64,000 bases of DNA from a virus. Shown in pieces: positions 54,541 through 63,969 of this stretch. Below the pieces are notes generated by a model. That model searched no databases. It saw only the letters and a program-made list of their open reading frames with translations, and had not been told where the DNA came from. Both the position numbers and the translations under genes were made by a program. Location: the IMG/VR virus record IMGVR_UViG_3300030450_002056, positions 1 to 64,000 of that record. One strand, written 5' to 3'. Position 1 is the first letter of the stretch. Each line of letters begins with the position of its first letter.

Positions 54541-57087
54541 GTGGCTATATCTGGCGTTTCCTTTGAAAAAGAAAAAAATGCGCTATCCAAGCGTGTTTTA
54601 GATTTCTTTGAGAGGACTCGCTATTCTTATTTATCTGCGAAAGAAGACCCAAATAAATATGGTAAAAAATGGAGAGCAACAGTTAAGTCTATTCGTGAGT
54701 CATTTGATGGCTTAGATTCTTTTACTAGAGTATTGAAGAAATACATTGATGAAGACGCAGTATTTGATGATAATGTAGAAGACCCTAATTCAACTCAAGC
54801 CAAGCGACTATATGATGCGATTAAAGAAATGAGGTTTCAATCTGAAGAAGTTTCTGACCCATTCGCTAATCAGTTGGGTGAAGAAGTAATTGATGTATTA
54901 CTCAATAATTCTAGTGTCTTTGCGGCCTTTATTCACTATGCCCTTCGCAAACATTCCCTCCCTATCCCTGCATCGGCATGGAAAAAACACGGCCTTAAGC
55001 CCGATGAAATAACTCAAAATGCCAACGGATTAGATTTAGAGATGAAAGATATACCCTTATACATTTCAGAACACTATGGGGAAGATAAAGACACTAAGCG
55101 TATCAAAACCAAATTTAAAAGCGTTTTGTCTATCCTAAAGAAAGTGTTTCTTGAGGAATATAGCGAAAAAGAATGGGATGCTCTAATTGATATAGATATT
55201 AAAAAGTCTGAAAAGAGTTCAGATGAGAAGTCTGAGATTAATTTCCTAACCCCTAATAAACCAATGTATCGAATATTTGAATTAAAAGACTTAGAGCAAT
55301 TGAAAGGTTTTTCTGGTGAATATGTAGTTCAAGAAAAATATGATGGTATGAGAGTGCAAATCCATAAAAATGGTAAAACCATTAAAATTCTTTCTTATAA
55401 CCAAAAAGATATTTCTGATAAATGTCCAGAGCAAATAGAAAGATTGCGTGGAAAGGAAATAGGGAACTGTATCTTAGATGGAGAGTTAATGATATTTAAG
55501 AACGGTAAAGCATTACATAGGGCCGCTACAATTTCACACATTTTTAAGAAGCCTATTGAAGATAGCCAATTAAGACTTCATGTTTTTGATATTATGGAAC
55601 ATGATGATAAAGATTTAATAGATGAACCTTTGAGGGAAAGAATTAATATTCTGTTATATCAATATGCTCAACATTCATCTGAAGAATTAGCATATCCTTC
55701 AAAGAAAGACACTAGAATTGCAGATTCTATAAAAGAAGTAGGGGATTATTCTGAAGAAATAATGAATCTACCCGCTTCTGAAGGTGTGGTTATTAAAGAT
55801 ATTGAATCTACATATCAATTAGGTTCAAGGAAAAATCCTAAGTGGGTTAAATGGAAGAAATTTGTTGATTTAGATGTTATTGTCTTGGATGATAAAACAA
55901 CAAAGAGTGGTCTTCATTCATATACTTTAGGTATTGGCCCATTATCCGCAGAACAAGCCCGTTCTTATAAGACTGTAGAATTGAAAGATAAAGCATATCT
56001 TTCTGTAGGTAAAGCACTAAACACTAAGCAATCCGTTAAGGTGGGTAGTATTGTTAGAGTTAAGGTGGATGAGGTAAAGAAGACTAAAGAGGGTTTTAGT
56101 TTATTCTCAGCGAAAGTTATTGAAATTCCTGAAGTGACTCAATCAGATAAATTAGAAACTTTAGAGTTATTATCAGACAAAGCCAAAAAATCAATTTGGG
56201 AAGATTTAGATAAGCCGTTTAAATATAAATTAAAAGGCGTAAAGAAAATGTATATTACTGATGAAATACATGGGGAAGCAGAAATTCTTATGAAATCTAA
56301 TTTAGATGGATTTACTATTTACGGTTTTAATGGTGATAGTTTAATGGAGAAACAAGCCCTATACGATATAGATGTTTGGAAAGAAGATTTACAAATTGCA
56401 CTTAAAAGTGTTCGTTCTGAGTTAAGAATGGCTATTAAAAATAAATTAATTGAGTGGGAAGAACCTGTAGAATTTGATAAAATACAAGAGTTTGTGTTAG
56501 AAAATTATATTGACCATTTTAAAGGGCCGGCATTTAATAGTGATGTAAAGAAATTAAAGAAGTGGTTAATTAGGCAAGAAGATATTGTTTATCATCGCAC
56601 TAATGATATATTTTCAGTGAACCCTACTGATATAGCAAAGGATGAAAAGGTTAATCCAAAAGAAGGTAAATTTACAATTACAACTACTGAAGATGATAAC
56701 TTATTATTAATTTATGTTGTAAATGATAAAAGGTTAGCGTGGTTAATAGATATTGAAGATTCTTCTGATATTTATAACTTATTTGGTAAATCTAATAAAT
56801 TTCCTGCTAAAATTGTTTTGGGTAATGCTAGAGAAAGTAAAATATTAGATAAAGGAATTATTACTCTTGGTGTTCAAAGGGACGGTTATCACGAATTTAA
56901 ATTAGCAGGTGATAAATTTGATACTAGATTGCATATTAGGGTTGTTCCTTTAAATGATGAAAAACATTGGGTAGTTTGGACAGGAAAGAAACAAACTATG
57001 CTAGAATCAAAGGATGACGATGGTTTGTGGGATATTACCGAAGATAGATATAAAAATTTACCCCTGCCCGAAGGCAATCCCGCTTAG
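54541..57087 (+). CDS. Second ATP-dependent DNA ligase-domain protein within the head module, with long N- and C-terminal extensions
   Basis: QEKYDGMRVQIH, ILDGEL, VFDIM, EGVVIK, WVKWK, OB domain; located immediately upstream of the prohead protease. Confidence 0.85.
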   Translation: MAISGVSFEKEKNALSKRVLDFFERTRYSYLSAKEDPNKYGKKWRATVKSIRESFDGLDSFTRVLKKYIDEDAVFDDNVEDPNSTQAKRLYDAIKEMRFQSEEVSDPFANQLGEEVIDVLLNNSSVFAAFIHYALRKHSLPIPASAWKKHGLKPDEITQNANGLDLEMKDIPLYISEHYGEDKDTKRIKTKFKSVLSILKKVFLEEYSEKEWDALIDIDIKKSEKSSDEKSEINFLTPNKPMYRIFELKDLEQLKGFSGEYVVQEKYDGMRVQIHKNGKTIKILSYNQKDISDKCPEQIERLRGKEIGNCILDGELMIFKNGKALHRAATISHIFKKPIEDSQLRLHVFDIMEHDDKDLIDEPLRERINILLYQYAQHSSEELAYPSKKDTRIADSIKEVGDYSEEIMNLPASEGVVIKDIESTYQLGSRKNPKWVKWKKFVDLDVIVLDDKTTKSGLHSYTLGIGPLSAEQARSYKTVELKDKAYLSVGKALNTKQSVKVGSIVRVKVDEVKKTKEGFSLFSAKVIEIPEVTQSDKLETLELLSDKAKKSIWEDLDKPFKYKLKGVKKMYITDEIHGEAEILMKSNLDGFTIYGFNGDSLMEKQALYDIDVWKEDLQIALKSVRSELRMAIKNKLIEWEEPVEFDKIQEFVLENYIDHFKGPAFNSDVKKLKKWLIRQEDIVYHRTNDIFSVNPTDIAKDEKVNPKEGKFTITTTEDDNLLLIYVVNDKRLAWLIDIEDSSDIYNLFGKSNKFPAKIVLGNARESKILDKGIITLGVQRDGYHEFKLAGDKFDTRLHIRVVPLNDEKHWVVWTGKKQTMLESKDDDGLWDITEDRYKNLPLPEGNPA

Positions 57088-57116
57088 TTCATATAGTGAA
57101 AGGTGAAGTGTAGTTT

Positions 57117-58307
57117 ATGTTAGAGCGGCCAGTTCTAATGAAGCAAGAAACTAAAGACTTCACAATACTAAAGTCAGATGATTTAATTATAGGTGGATAT
57201 GCTTCAATAGAAATGGTAGATAAGCAGAACGATTTAATTACTTTACAAGCATTACAAAAAGCAGTTAAAGATTACATGGGAGAAAAGAAATTCAGAAATG
57301 TAATGTCTAATCATTCAAATGTTCAAGTAGGAGAAGTAGTAGATTCTTATAGAGATAAGAACGGAGTAGTCCATAAATCTCAAGTTGATGATGTAGGATT
57401 TTATGTTGTTATTAAATTAAGAGATGATATTGAAAAAGCCAAAGAAATATCAAGAGGAATTAGAAAAGGCACATTACGTTCATTTAGTATAGGAGGACAA
57501 GCGATTTCAAAACGCAAAAGAAAATCAAATGATTTTGGCGAATATAATGAAATTGATGAGTTAGAGTTGCATGAAGTCACAATTTGTGAAAAAGGAATAA
57601 ACCCAGAAGCAAAGTTTGATATATTAAAAGAAGAAAAAAACAAAGGTGAAAAAATGACTGAAAAATTGGAAAAAGCCCTTGAGGAGTTAAATGACCTGAT
57701 GAAACAGGTTAATGAACTCCAAAAGGAAGAAGAAACGCCACTTGAGGCAGACATGGAATACATGGCTACTGAAGGTGAAGCCGAAGAAGAGTTGGAATTA
57801 TCCGATGACTCTTTAGGCGAAGATGAAGCAGAAAAAGCACTGGATGAAGATAGCACCCGTGATTATGAAGCCGGAGAAGAAGTAGTAAGTGGCGGAACGC
57901 CAACTGCAACACCTGCTCCACTAAAGGTTTCAAAAGAGTGGGATTCGTCTGAATTCACTACGCTTGACTTATCTGTTGAGAATGTCGAAAAGGCATATGA
58001 ACAGTTTAAGGCAGAACAACTAGAAAAGATTGCTTATGATAGTATGAATAAGCACTTTGAGAGCAGGTTTGCTACAGAGCAATCCATTAGAAAGGCATCT
58101 GTTGAGCGAAATGAATATGACGCTCGTTCAGAAGTAGCCGAACTAAAAGAACAGTTCGCAGACCTACGCAAATCATTAACAACAGAAAATTCGCAAATAG
58201 TAAAAGAGGAATCAACAGTTTCTCTACCGGATGGTTTTCCAACCACATCTGAAGAATTATCTTCGATGAGTTGGGGAGATATTCACAACTTAGCGAGGAA
58301 ATTTTAA
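57117..58307 (+). CDS. HK97-type prohead protease fused to an acidic scaffold domain
   Basis: IGGYAS, VDKQND, catalytic H (SNH), SFSIGG, ELHEVT, GINPEA; acidic coiled-coil C-terminal half. Confidence 0.9.
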   Translation: MLERPVLMKQETKDFTILKSDDLIIGGYASIEMVDKQNDLITLQALQKAVKDYMGEKKFRNVMSNHSNVQVGEVVDSYRDKNGVVHKSQVDDVGFYVVIKLRDDIEKAKEISRGIRKGTLRSFSIGGQAISKRKRKSNDFGEYNEIDELELHEVTICEKGINPEAKFDILKEEKNKGEKMTEKLEKALEELNDLMKQVNELQKEEETPLEADMEYMATEGEAEEELELSDDSLGEDEAEKALDEDSTRDYEAGEEVVSGGTPTATPAPLKVSKEWDSSEFTTLDLSVENVEKAYEQFKAEQLEKIAYDSMNKHFESRFATEQSIRKASVERNEYDARSEVAELKEQFADLRKSLTTENSQIVKEESTVSLPDGFPTTSEELSSMSWGDIHNLARKF

Positions 58308-58319
58308 GGAGATGAAAAA

Positions 58320-59696
58320 ATGACTGGATATACAAACACATTAAAAGACTTAGAAGCCGCAACATACGGATTAACTGGCCCTGCTGGTAATGCTCTACTA
58401 AAGAGTTCTGGTGTTGTTGGTGGATTCGGAACGCCCCATGATGCGGCATCAAACCCGTTTAGTGCCGCTAGTGGATTAGGCGACTTATACAACGTTCTTT
58501 ATGGACAGAAAGTATGGTCTATGTTAAATCAAGAGGTTAACCCTCTTTCTATCTTAGCAAAGAGGCCTTACACTTCAAGCGGTTGGAGGGTTCTAAAGAG
58601 CCGACCTACTGGTGGTAGTGGTTCTTCGTTTACAACAGGTTCAACTGCTGTAGCCGCAAATACTGCTGATTTATCTACTCCACGACCAGACCAAATTGGT
58701 GGTGTTGAGGAAAATGCTTCATTAGACGGTGCAAATGGATTTAGGCCATTATCACCCGAATACGCTAAACTATATGTTAGCCCTAAGACTGTTGCACATC
58801 TATTTGAGTTCTCAGAACTTGGAATGGAATTAGCAGCCATTGATGACGGAGTAGGCGATATTCGTGCTATTATCCGTGAGGACATGGGTAAGCATCACGC
58901 AGAAACACAGAGCAAGATGTTAGTAATGCCGTTTGAAAACTATGATGACGGAACTGCAACAGACATTGAGAGAAACTACACTTCTCTACTAAAGATTGTA
59001 TCTTCAGCAGCAGAAATCGCTGCAATGTATAATGCTAACTTACTAAACACAGGCGCAAACAACGGAGATAACTCCGCAGTAGTTGCTGATGTAAAGAATA
59101 TCTTTGGAACATCAAGAACAGTAACTATTTCGTCTAACGCTGCAACAGGAACTGCATCTTACTTAGATGCTGAAGTTGACTTCGGTGATGGATATGCGGC
59201 TGGTGATGCTAGGGTTCTAACTCTAAGTATGCTAAATAGCATGATTCGCAGAATCCGCCAGAACGGTGGAAACCCGAAGTGCATCCTAACAGGCTATGAT
59301 ACAATTCAGCACATTGCTGACTTGCTACAGAGTCAAGAGCGATTTATGGATAGGAAAGAGATTGTTCCTACTCATAATGGTGTAAAAGGCGTAAAGGGAA
59401 CTGAGGCTGGATTTAGAGTAGCAACTTACTTTGATATACCATTAATCCCTGCAAAGGACATGGGTTCAACGGGTGCTAACACTACAAACACCCTAAGTGA
59501 CTTATTGTTCTTAGACACAGACCATATGTGGCTATCTGTTATGAAGCCTACTCAATACTTTGAGGATGGTATTAGCAACGGAAACCCATTTGGTGTTGGA
59601 AAACTAGGGAATCAGGGTATGTATCGCACAATGGGCGAAACTTGCTGCTCTTTCTTCAAGGGACAGGGTAAAATAACCAACATTAAGAGTGCGTGA
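58320..59696 (+). CDS. Major capsid protein (HK97 fold)
   Basis: Follows the protease; Gly/Ala-rich 458 aa; codon usage suggests high expression; LYGQKVW, GGNPKCILTG and DIPLIP motifs as in archaeal tailed-virus MCPs. Confidence 0.88.
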   Translation: MTGYTNTLKDLEAATYGLTGPAGNALLKSSGVVGGFGTPHDAASNPFSAASGLGDLYNVLYGQKVWSMLNQEVNPLSILAKRPYTSSGWRVLKSRPTGGSGSSFTTGSTAVAANTADLSTPRPDQIGGVEENASLDGANGFRPLSPEYAKLYVSPKTVAHLFEFSELGMELAAIDDGVGDIRAIIREDMGKHHAETQSKMLVMPFENYDDGTATDIERNYTSLLKIVSSAAEIAAMYNANLLNTGANNGDNSAVVADVKNIFGTSRTVTISSNAATGTASYLDAEVDFGDGYAAGDARVLTLSMLNSMIRRIRQNGGNPKCILTGYDTIQHIADLLQSQERFMDRKEIVPTHNGVKGVKGTEAGFRVATYFDIPLIPAKDMGSTGANTTNTLSDLLFLDTDHMWLSVMKPTQYFEDGISNGNPFGVGKLGNQGMYRTMGETCCSFFKGQGKITNIKSA

Positions 59697-59707
59697 GGTG
59701 ATTAAGA

Positions 59708-60061
59708 ATGGCTTTAGCATATACAGTAACATTGCTTGCTGACCATAAGGGTGTAACAACCCCAAAGGTCATGGGTGATGAATACATGGTGGATGCATTA
59801 ATTGATGTAACGTCTATTGTAGCGGCAGGTTCAGTAATACCTGCCTCTGCATTAGGCCTATCATCAGTTCACGCTGTTTCGATAACTGGCTCTGACAATG
59901 CTAATGCAGTATTGCCTTTAGTAGAGATTAGTGCCGCAGGTGCTTATGAGAGTGGAACATCTTTTGCTCTCATGTTTACAGCATTAGACGGAACTAACGC
60001 TACTTTGGCTAATGACGCTAATGGCGGCTCTGTTAGAGTAAGAGTTTGGGGAAACCTTTGA
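59708..60061 (+). CDS. Putative capsid decoration/minor structural protein
   Basis: Beta-rich, Ala/Gly/Thr-rich; lies between the MCP and a terminator. Confidence 0.55.
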   Translation: MALAYTVTLLADHKGVTTPKVMGDEYMVDALIDVTSIVAAGSVIPASALGLSSVHAVSITGSDNANAVLPLVEISAAGAYESGTSFALMFTALDGTNATLANDANGGSVRVRVWGNL

Positions 60062-60094
60062 CTCTGATAACTGAAAATTAAACCATAATAATAC

Positions 60095-60141
60095 GCGGCT
60101 TCATTCCCCCCTTAATTGGGGGGAGTGGGTCGCACTTTTTT
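60095..60141 (+). terminator. Hairpin plus U-tract after the capsid operon
   Basis: GCGGCTTCATTCCCCCC-TTAATT-GGGGGGAGTGGGTCGC-ACTTTTTT. Confidence 0.7.
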
Positions 60142-60156
60142 ATCAAGGTGAAAAAA

Positions 60157-60435
60157 ATGAACTGGAAAACTATATTAAAAATAAGTGAAGGTGAAACATC
60201 TGACTTTAGTCGATTTGGGCAACCTGAATGGGATGAAGGTTTAGAAGAAATAAAGGGTAATAAAGAAAGAGAAGCCCTTAAATGGGTATTAGAACAACGC
60301 CCTAAATATGCAGCCAAGTTGAAAGAGTCTGAGCATAAGCAATTGATTGCTCAATTAGCACTTATGGCAAGAAGTTTAGAAGGTAAACATCAAAAAAAGA
60401 TGTTAGCAACTATTCATGGTGTTCTAAAAAATTAG
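60157..60435 (+). CDS. W-tag protein (MNWKTILK)
   Basis: ORF track; AGGTGA RBS. Confidence 0.6.
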   Translation: MNWKTILKISEGETSDFSRFGQPEWDEGLEEIKGNKEREALKWVLEQRPKYAAKLKESEHKQLIAQLALMARSLEGKHQKKMLATIHGVLKN

Positions 60436-60443
60436 GTGAAAAA

Positions 60444-60848
60444 ATGAGTAAAGTAAAATTATCAAAACCAAAACATGACGGCCCTCTTTTCTTAAGAAGA
60501 GGCGGAGTAGTTTATGAGATTAAATATGATGTAGATGTAGATATACCTGCTAATATTGCAGTAGGTATGTTAGGTGATGCAGGGTTAATAGTAAAATTTA
60601 TCGAAGAAGATAAGAAAACCGTATTAACTATGTCTGATTATGAACTAAAACTATTACGAAGAGAATTTAATTTAGAAGGAACTGCTAAGGATATAGCAGA
60701 AGTAATGTTTCCTTCAAAGAAAGTATTAATTCCTAAGAAACCTAAGCCAATAAAGGCTGAAAAAAAGGTAGTAAAAGAAACACCTAAAAAGGAATTAAAA
60801 CCAAAGGTGGAGGCCAAAACCCCTGTTGAATCTTCTGATTCAGCATAA
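60444..60848 (+). CDS. Hypothetical protein with Lys/Pro-rich tail
   Basis: ORF track. Confidence 0.6.
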   Translation: MSKVKLSKPKHDGPLFLRRGGVVYEIKYDVDVDIPANIAVGMLGDAGLIVKFIEEDKKTVLTMSDYELKLLRREFNLEGTAKDIAEVMFPSKKVLIPKKPKPIKAEKKVVKETPKKELKPKVEAKTPVESSDSA

Positions 60849-60889
60849 GGTTGATAAGGCAAATCTACTTTGACGGGATGAGGGTTGAA

Positions 60890-61189
60890 ATGGGTAGTCC
60901 ATCGTGTAGCACAAGTGGGGTAATATCCGCTTCAAAAGTAGTATCAACTGCTAGAACTAAGTTAGTTAGTATTTATGTTACTTCGACCACAAATGCGTTA
61001 TTTACCGTTAAAATATGGGATAGCGCAAATAGCACCACAACAAGTAAGAAAGAAGTAGCCCGCTTAAATCTTCATGCGGGTGGAACTGCTCAAACAGTTG
61101 AGTATGACTTTCATGGGGCAATCTTGGCTCAGGGACTATATGTTCAGTTTTCAACTGGTTCCGGTTCAGTGACTGTTAATTATGCATAG
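60890..61189 (+). CDS. Small beta-rich putative structural protein
   Basis: Ser/Thr-rich beta strands; VKIWD...HGAILAQGLYV pattern. Confidence 0.55.
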   Translation: MGSPSCSTSGVISASKVVSTARTKLVSIYVTSTTNALFTVKIWDSANSTTTSKKEVARLNLHAGGTAQTVEYDFHGAILAQGLYVQFSTGSGSVTVNYA

Positions 61190-61198
61190 GTGATTAAG

Positions 61199-61618
61199 AT
61201 GCCAAGTTTAGAAGACGATACAAGATTAGTAATGACGATTTTATTTGTAGGGGCAGTTAGTGGAGTAAATATATACTTCTATACCCAATATGGGTTTTTG
61301 TTCCCATATGCAGGATATAGCCATGCTTTATTATTCGGCATCCTAACCATAGGTGGGATAATGATTTTGAAGGCAATATTTGATTTGGCTCTATTCGATA
61401 GAATTGAAGATGCATTGCTTCAAAGAAAAATAGACGCTTATTGGGCAAGGAAACAAAGAGAAGAGGAAAATAGAAAGAGAGTTAGAGATACTATGCGCCA
61501 ATACGAGCAACAGTATAATCCTACTTTTGGTGTTCCTAATCCCCCTCCCCCTGCTACTTACTATGGGGCTGAGAATGAGAACACTATTAGCCCAACATTT
61601 TTAACTATGAATGAGTGA
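61199..61618 (+). CDS. Two-TM membrane protein with coiled coil and Pro-rich tail
   Basis: Two hydrophobic helices, RKQREEENRKR, PNPPPPATYY. Confidence 0.7.
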   Translation: MPSLEDDTRLVMTILFVGAVSGVNIYFYTQYGFLFPYAGYSHALLFGILTIGGIMILKAIFDLALFDRIEDALLQRKIDAYWARKQREEENRKRVRDTMRQYEQQYNPTFGVPNPPPPATYYGAENENTISPTFLTMNE

Positions 61619-61623
61619 GGTAT

Positions 61624-61848
61624 ATGGTATCAGAAATACTAATGGGTTTTGATGAATCAACATTAGCATATGACCTACAACGTGCGCATTCAGCAGATGT
61701 ATGGTTTCTAAGGGCTAGATTTTTTCTTTGGGGAACTATTGCATCGGTTAGTAGTTTTCTGTTGGGTCATGCTTTACCCTTTTGGGGGGTAAATATTTAT
61801 GGCTCAGTTTGGGGAGGATTGGTTGATTTTTGGACACATTTATGGTGA
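61624..61848 (+). CDS. Small membrane protein
   Basis: FFLWGTIASVSSFLLG TM segment plus a Trp-rich amphipathic tail. Confidence 0.65.
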   Translation: MVSEILMGFDESTLAYDLQRAHSADVWFLRARFFLWGTIASVSSFLLGHALPFWGVNIYGSVWGGLVDFWTHLW

Positions 61849-61866
61849 ATATAATGGTGATGTATA

Positions 61867-62538
61867 ATGTCGCTAATGGCTGGATTCATTGTAGTAATAG
61901 CGGAAAGTTTAGGGAGGCTTTGGAATAAAGTTCATTCAGTGCCTTTTGGAGTATATGGAGCAACTCAAGTAGGAAAAACAACACTACACCATCAATTAAG
62001 AACAAGAGGGGAAGTTCCTGATATAACAAATAGAACAGTTGGAAAAGAAAGAGCCACTAGAAAAGCAATCAAATTAGATGGAGATGTTAGAACAATAAAA
62101 ACAGCAGATGTTGGTGGAGAAACAATTTATTGGACTGAATGGCTTAAGGATATGCATGATAGAAAAGTGAAATATGTTATCTTTATGATTGATGATAGAC
62201 ACATGAATAAACATTATGATATTGAGCAACAATTATGCTGGACATTTTTAGTAGATACAATATGCTCTCCTTATTGGGATAAAGATAACAAAAAAGATAA
62301 AAAGAAATCACATGACTATCCATTAGCAGTAGGAGTATGGGCAAATAAATATGATATATGGAAAGACCGATACAATCACAACGGAGAAATAAAAGACCAC
62401 CCAATATTTGAACCTTTTAAAAGTGGAATGTCTAAATTAAATGATGCAGGAATACCATGTTTCAAATATATAGTAAGTGCAAAATCAGATTCAGAAATGG
62501 TGTATAGAGGAATACTAACCATGATTAAAGATTATTAG
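61867..62538 (+). CDS. Arf/Sar-like small GTPase (Ras superfamily)
   Basis: G1 GATQVGKT, G2 RTVG, G3 DVGGE, VIFMID, G4 ANKYD, G5 SAK; N-terminal hydrophobic/amphipathic helix. Confidence 0.88.
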   Translation: MSLMAGFIVVIAESLGRLWNKVHSVPFGVYGATQVGKTTLHHQLRTRGEVPDITNRTVGKERATRKAIKLDGDVRTIKTADVGGETIYWTEWLKDMHDRKVKYVIFMIDDRHMNKHYDIEQQLCWTFLVDTICSPYWDKDNKKDKKKSHDYPLAVGVWANKYDIWKDRYNHNGEIKDHPIFEPFKSGMSKLNDAGIPCFKYIVSAKSDSEMVYRGILTMIKDY

Positions 62539-62617
62539 GTGATTTTATGTTTGATGAGTTAATTGAGTTTCATAATCACTCCGGCGGAGTGTTTTATTAT
62601 TTATATGAGGTGAAGAC

Positions 62618-63277
62618 ATGAGTATGCAATATAACCCCCCATCATTAATTGGTGCTTCTAATGCTTATGTGGAACCAAATGCTTTTTTACCACAAAAGCA
62701 AATGGCTAGGGCCGCAGGAAGTGTAATGAAGTATGAGTTTAAATCATTAAAACCAAAGAAACAACTCAAAGAAATAATTAAGGTATTAATGCCGGAAAAG
62801 AAAAAATTTCTAAAAATTCCATATAAATTTGCTTTTAACATAAAAGATAGATGTGTTGTATGTGGGACTCAAAAGATATGGGAAGGAAACGACCCTATGA
62901 GGCCACCAATACCTTTACACAAAGTAAGAAAGGGTTATCCAATGAGGGGAAATTATTGTGAAAAACATTCCCACCTTCATAGGCAATATGAAATGTTAGA
63001 ACAACAAATGTTAGCAGAAGAACATGGGCTTTCTTTTAGTGCATATATCCCTACTGCTAGAAGCCTGAACCCATTAGCATCAGGCCCATTAACTTCTCTT
63101 AAGGAAGAAGATATAAGTAGTTTATCTTCATTAGGTTGGTCAATTAAACCCCCATCAGGGTTATCAGAATCTAAAGAAGAAGAACTATTTAGAATAATCA
63201 TAGAAGCAAATTCCATTAATGATAGAGTTAAAACTTTATTGAGAGAAGGAACTAAACTAATAGAAGTGGAGGAATAG
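62618..63277 (+). CDS. Zn-finger protein (CVVC...CEKH) downstream of the GTPase
   Basis: ORF track; GAGGTGA RBS. Confidence 0.65.
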   Translation: MSMQYNPPSLIGASNAYVEPNAFLPQKQMARAAGSVMKYEFKSLKPKKQLKEIIKVLMPEKKKFLKIPYKFAFNIKDRCVVCGTQKIWEGNDPMRPPIPLHKVRKGYPMRGNYCEKHSHLHRQYEMLEQQMLAEEHGLSFSAYIPTARSLNPLASGPLTSLKEEDISSLSSLGWSIKPPSGLSESKEEELFRIIIEANSINDRVKTLLREGTKLIEVEE

Positions 63278-63279
63278 AT

Positions 63280-63969
63280 ATGTGGGGAACAAGTAATAGT
63301 GCATTAGCAAAACAAATGACTGCCAGTAATCAAGAACAATTTAAGTCAATGAATAATTTATTGACTTTACAAGAAAACCATGTAGAAGAATTCTTCTATT
63401 ATCATGGTGAAGCATTTTTAACTTCTTTTGAGCAACTATTTGAAGATATAATTGAAAGAGTATTAGGACAAATGCTTCCTAAATTAAAATTTGTGCAAAA
63501 TACTTCTGGAGAATTAGAAATGCATCCTGATGCGTTAAGGGAATATGAAGGAATTACCTCTGCTAATATTCAACTAGATTTGCAAAATTTATTACAATCT
63601 GCAATTAATTCTGAAGTTGTTATGCAAAGGAAAATGGCTAAAGAACAATATTTACAATCTCAAGGATTTAATACGGGAGGGGCGGCACAAGCGGCTCAAG
63701 CCCAATTACCAGCACCACAAGGAATGTCGCCTAATAATATACAAGGCGCACCTGCTATGGGTGGGATGAACCAACAAATGATGCAACAGCAGATGGCTAT
63801 GAATAATGGTAGTGGTTATCCTATCCCTCCAAGTGGGTATGACCAATATAACAACCCATACTGGGTAGACCCCGCTACAGGTCAAATGACGTATACACCT
63901 CCACAAAGCGGTTTAGGATTAGGTGGAGCAATTAGTAAAGGAATTGCATGGGCTAAATGGTTGGCGTGA
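63280..63969 (+). CDS. Protein with Gln/Met/Gly low-complexity region, Tyr-rich hairpin and C-terminal amphipathic helix
   Basis: MNQQMMQQQMAM, YDQYNNPYWVDPATGQ, GLGGAISKGIAWAKWLA. Confidence 0.7.
   Translation: MWGTSNSALAKQMTASNQEQFKSMNNLLTLQENHVEEFFYYHGEAFLTSFEQLFEDIIERVLGQMLPKLKFVQNTSGELEMHPDALREYEGITSANIQLDLQNLLQSAINSEVVMQRKMAKEQYLQSQGFNTGGAAQAAQAQLPAPQGMSPNNIQGAPAMGGMNQQMMQQQMAMNNGSGYPIPPSGYDQYNNPYWVDPATGQMTYTPPQSGLGLGGAISKGIAWAKWLA

Noticed and set aside
37291-63906. Minus-strand ORFs in the right arm (e.g. 57401-57856, 58087-58452, 58568-58885)
   Set aside because: Antisense shadows of the structural genes.
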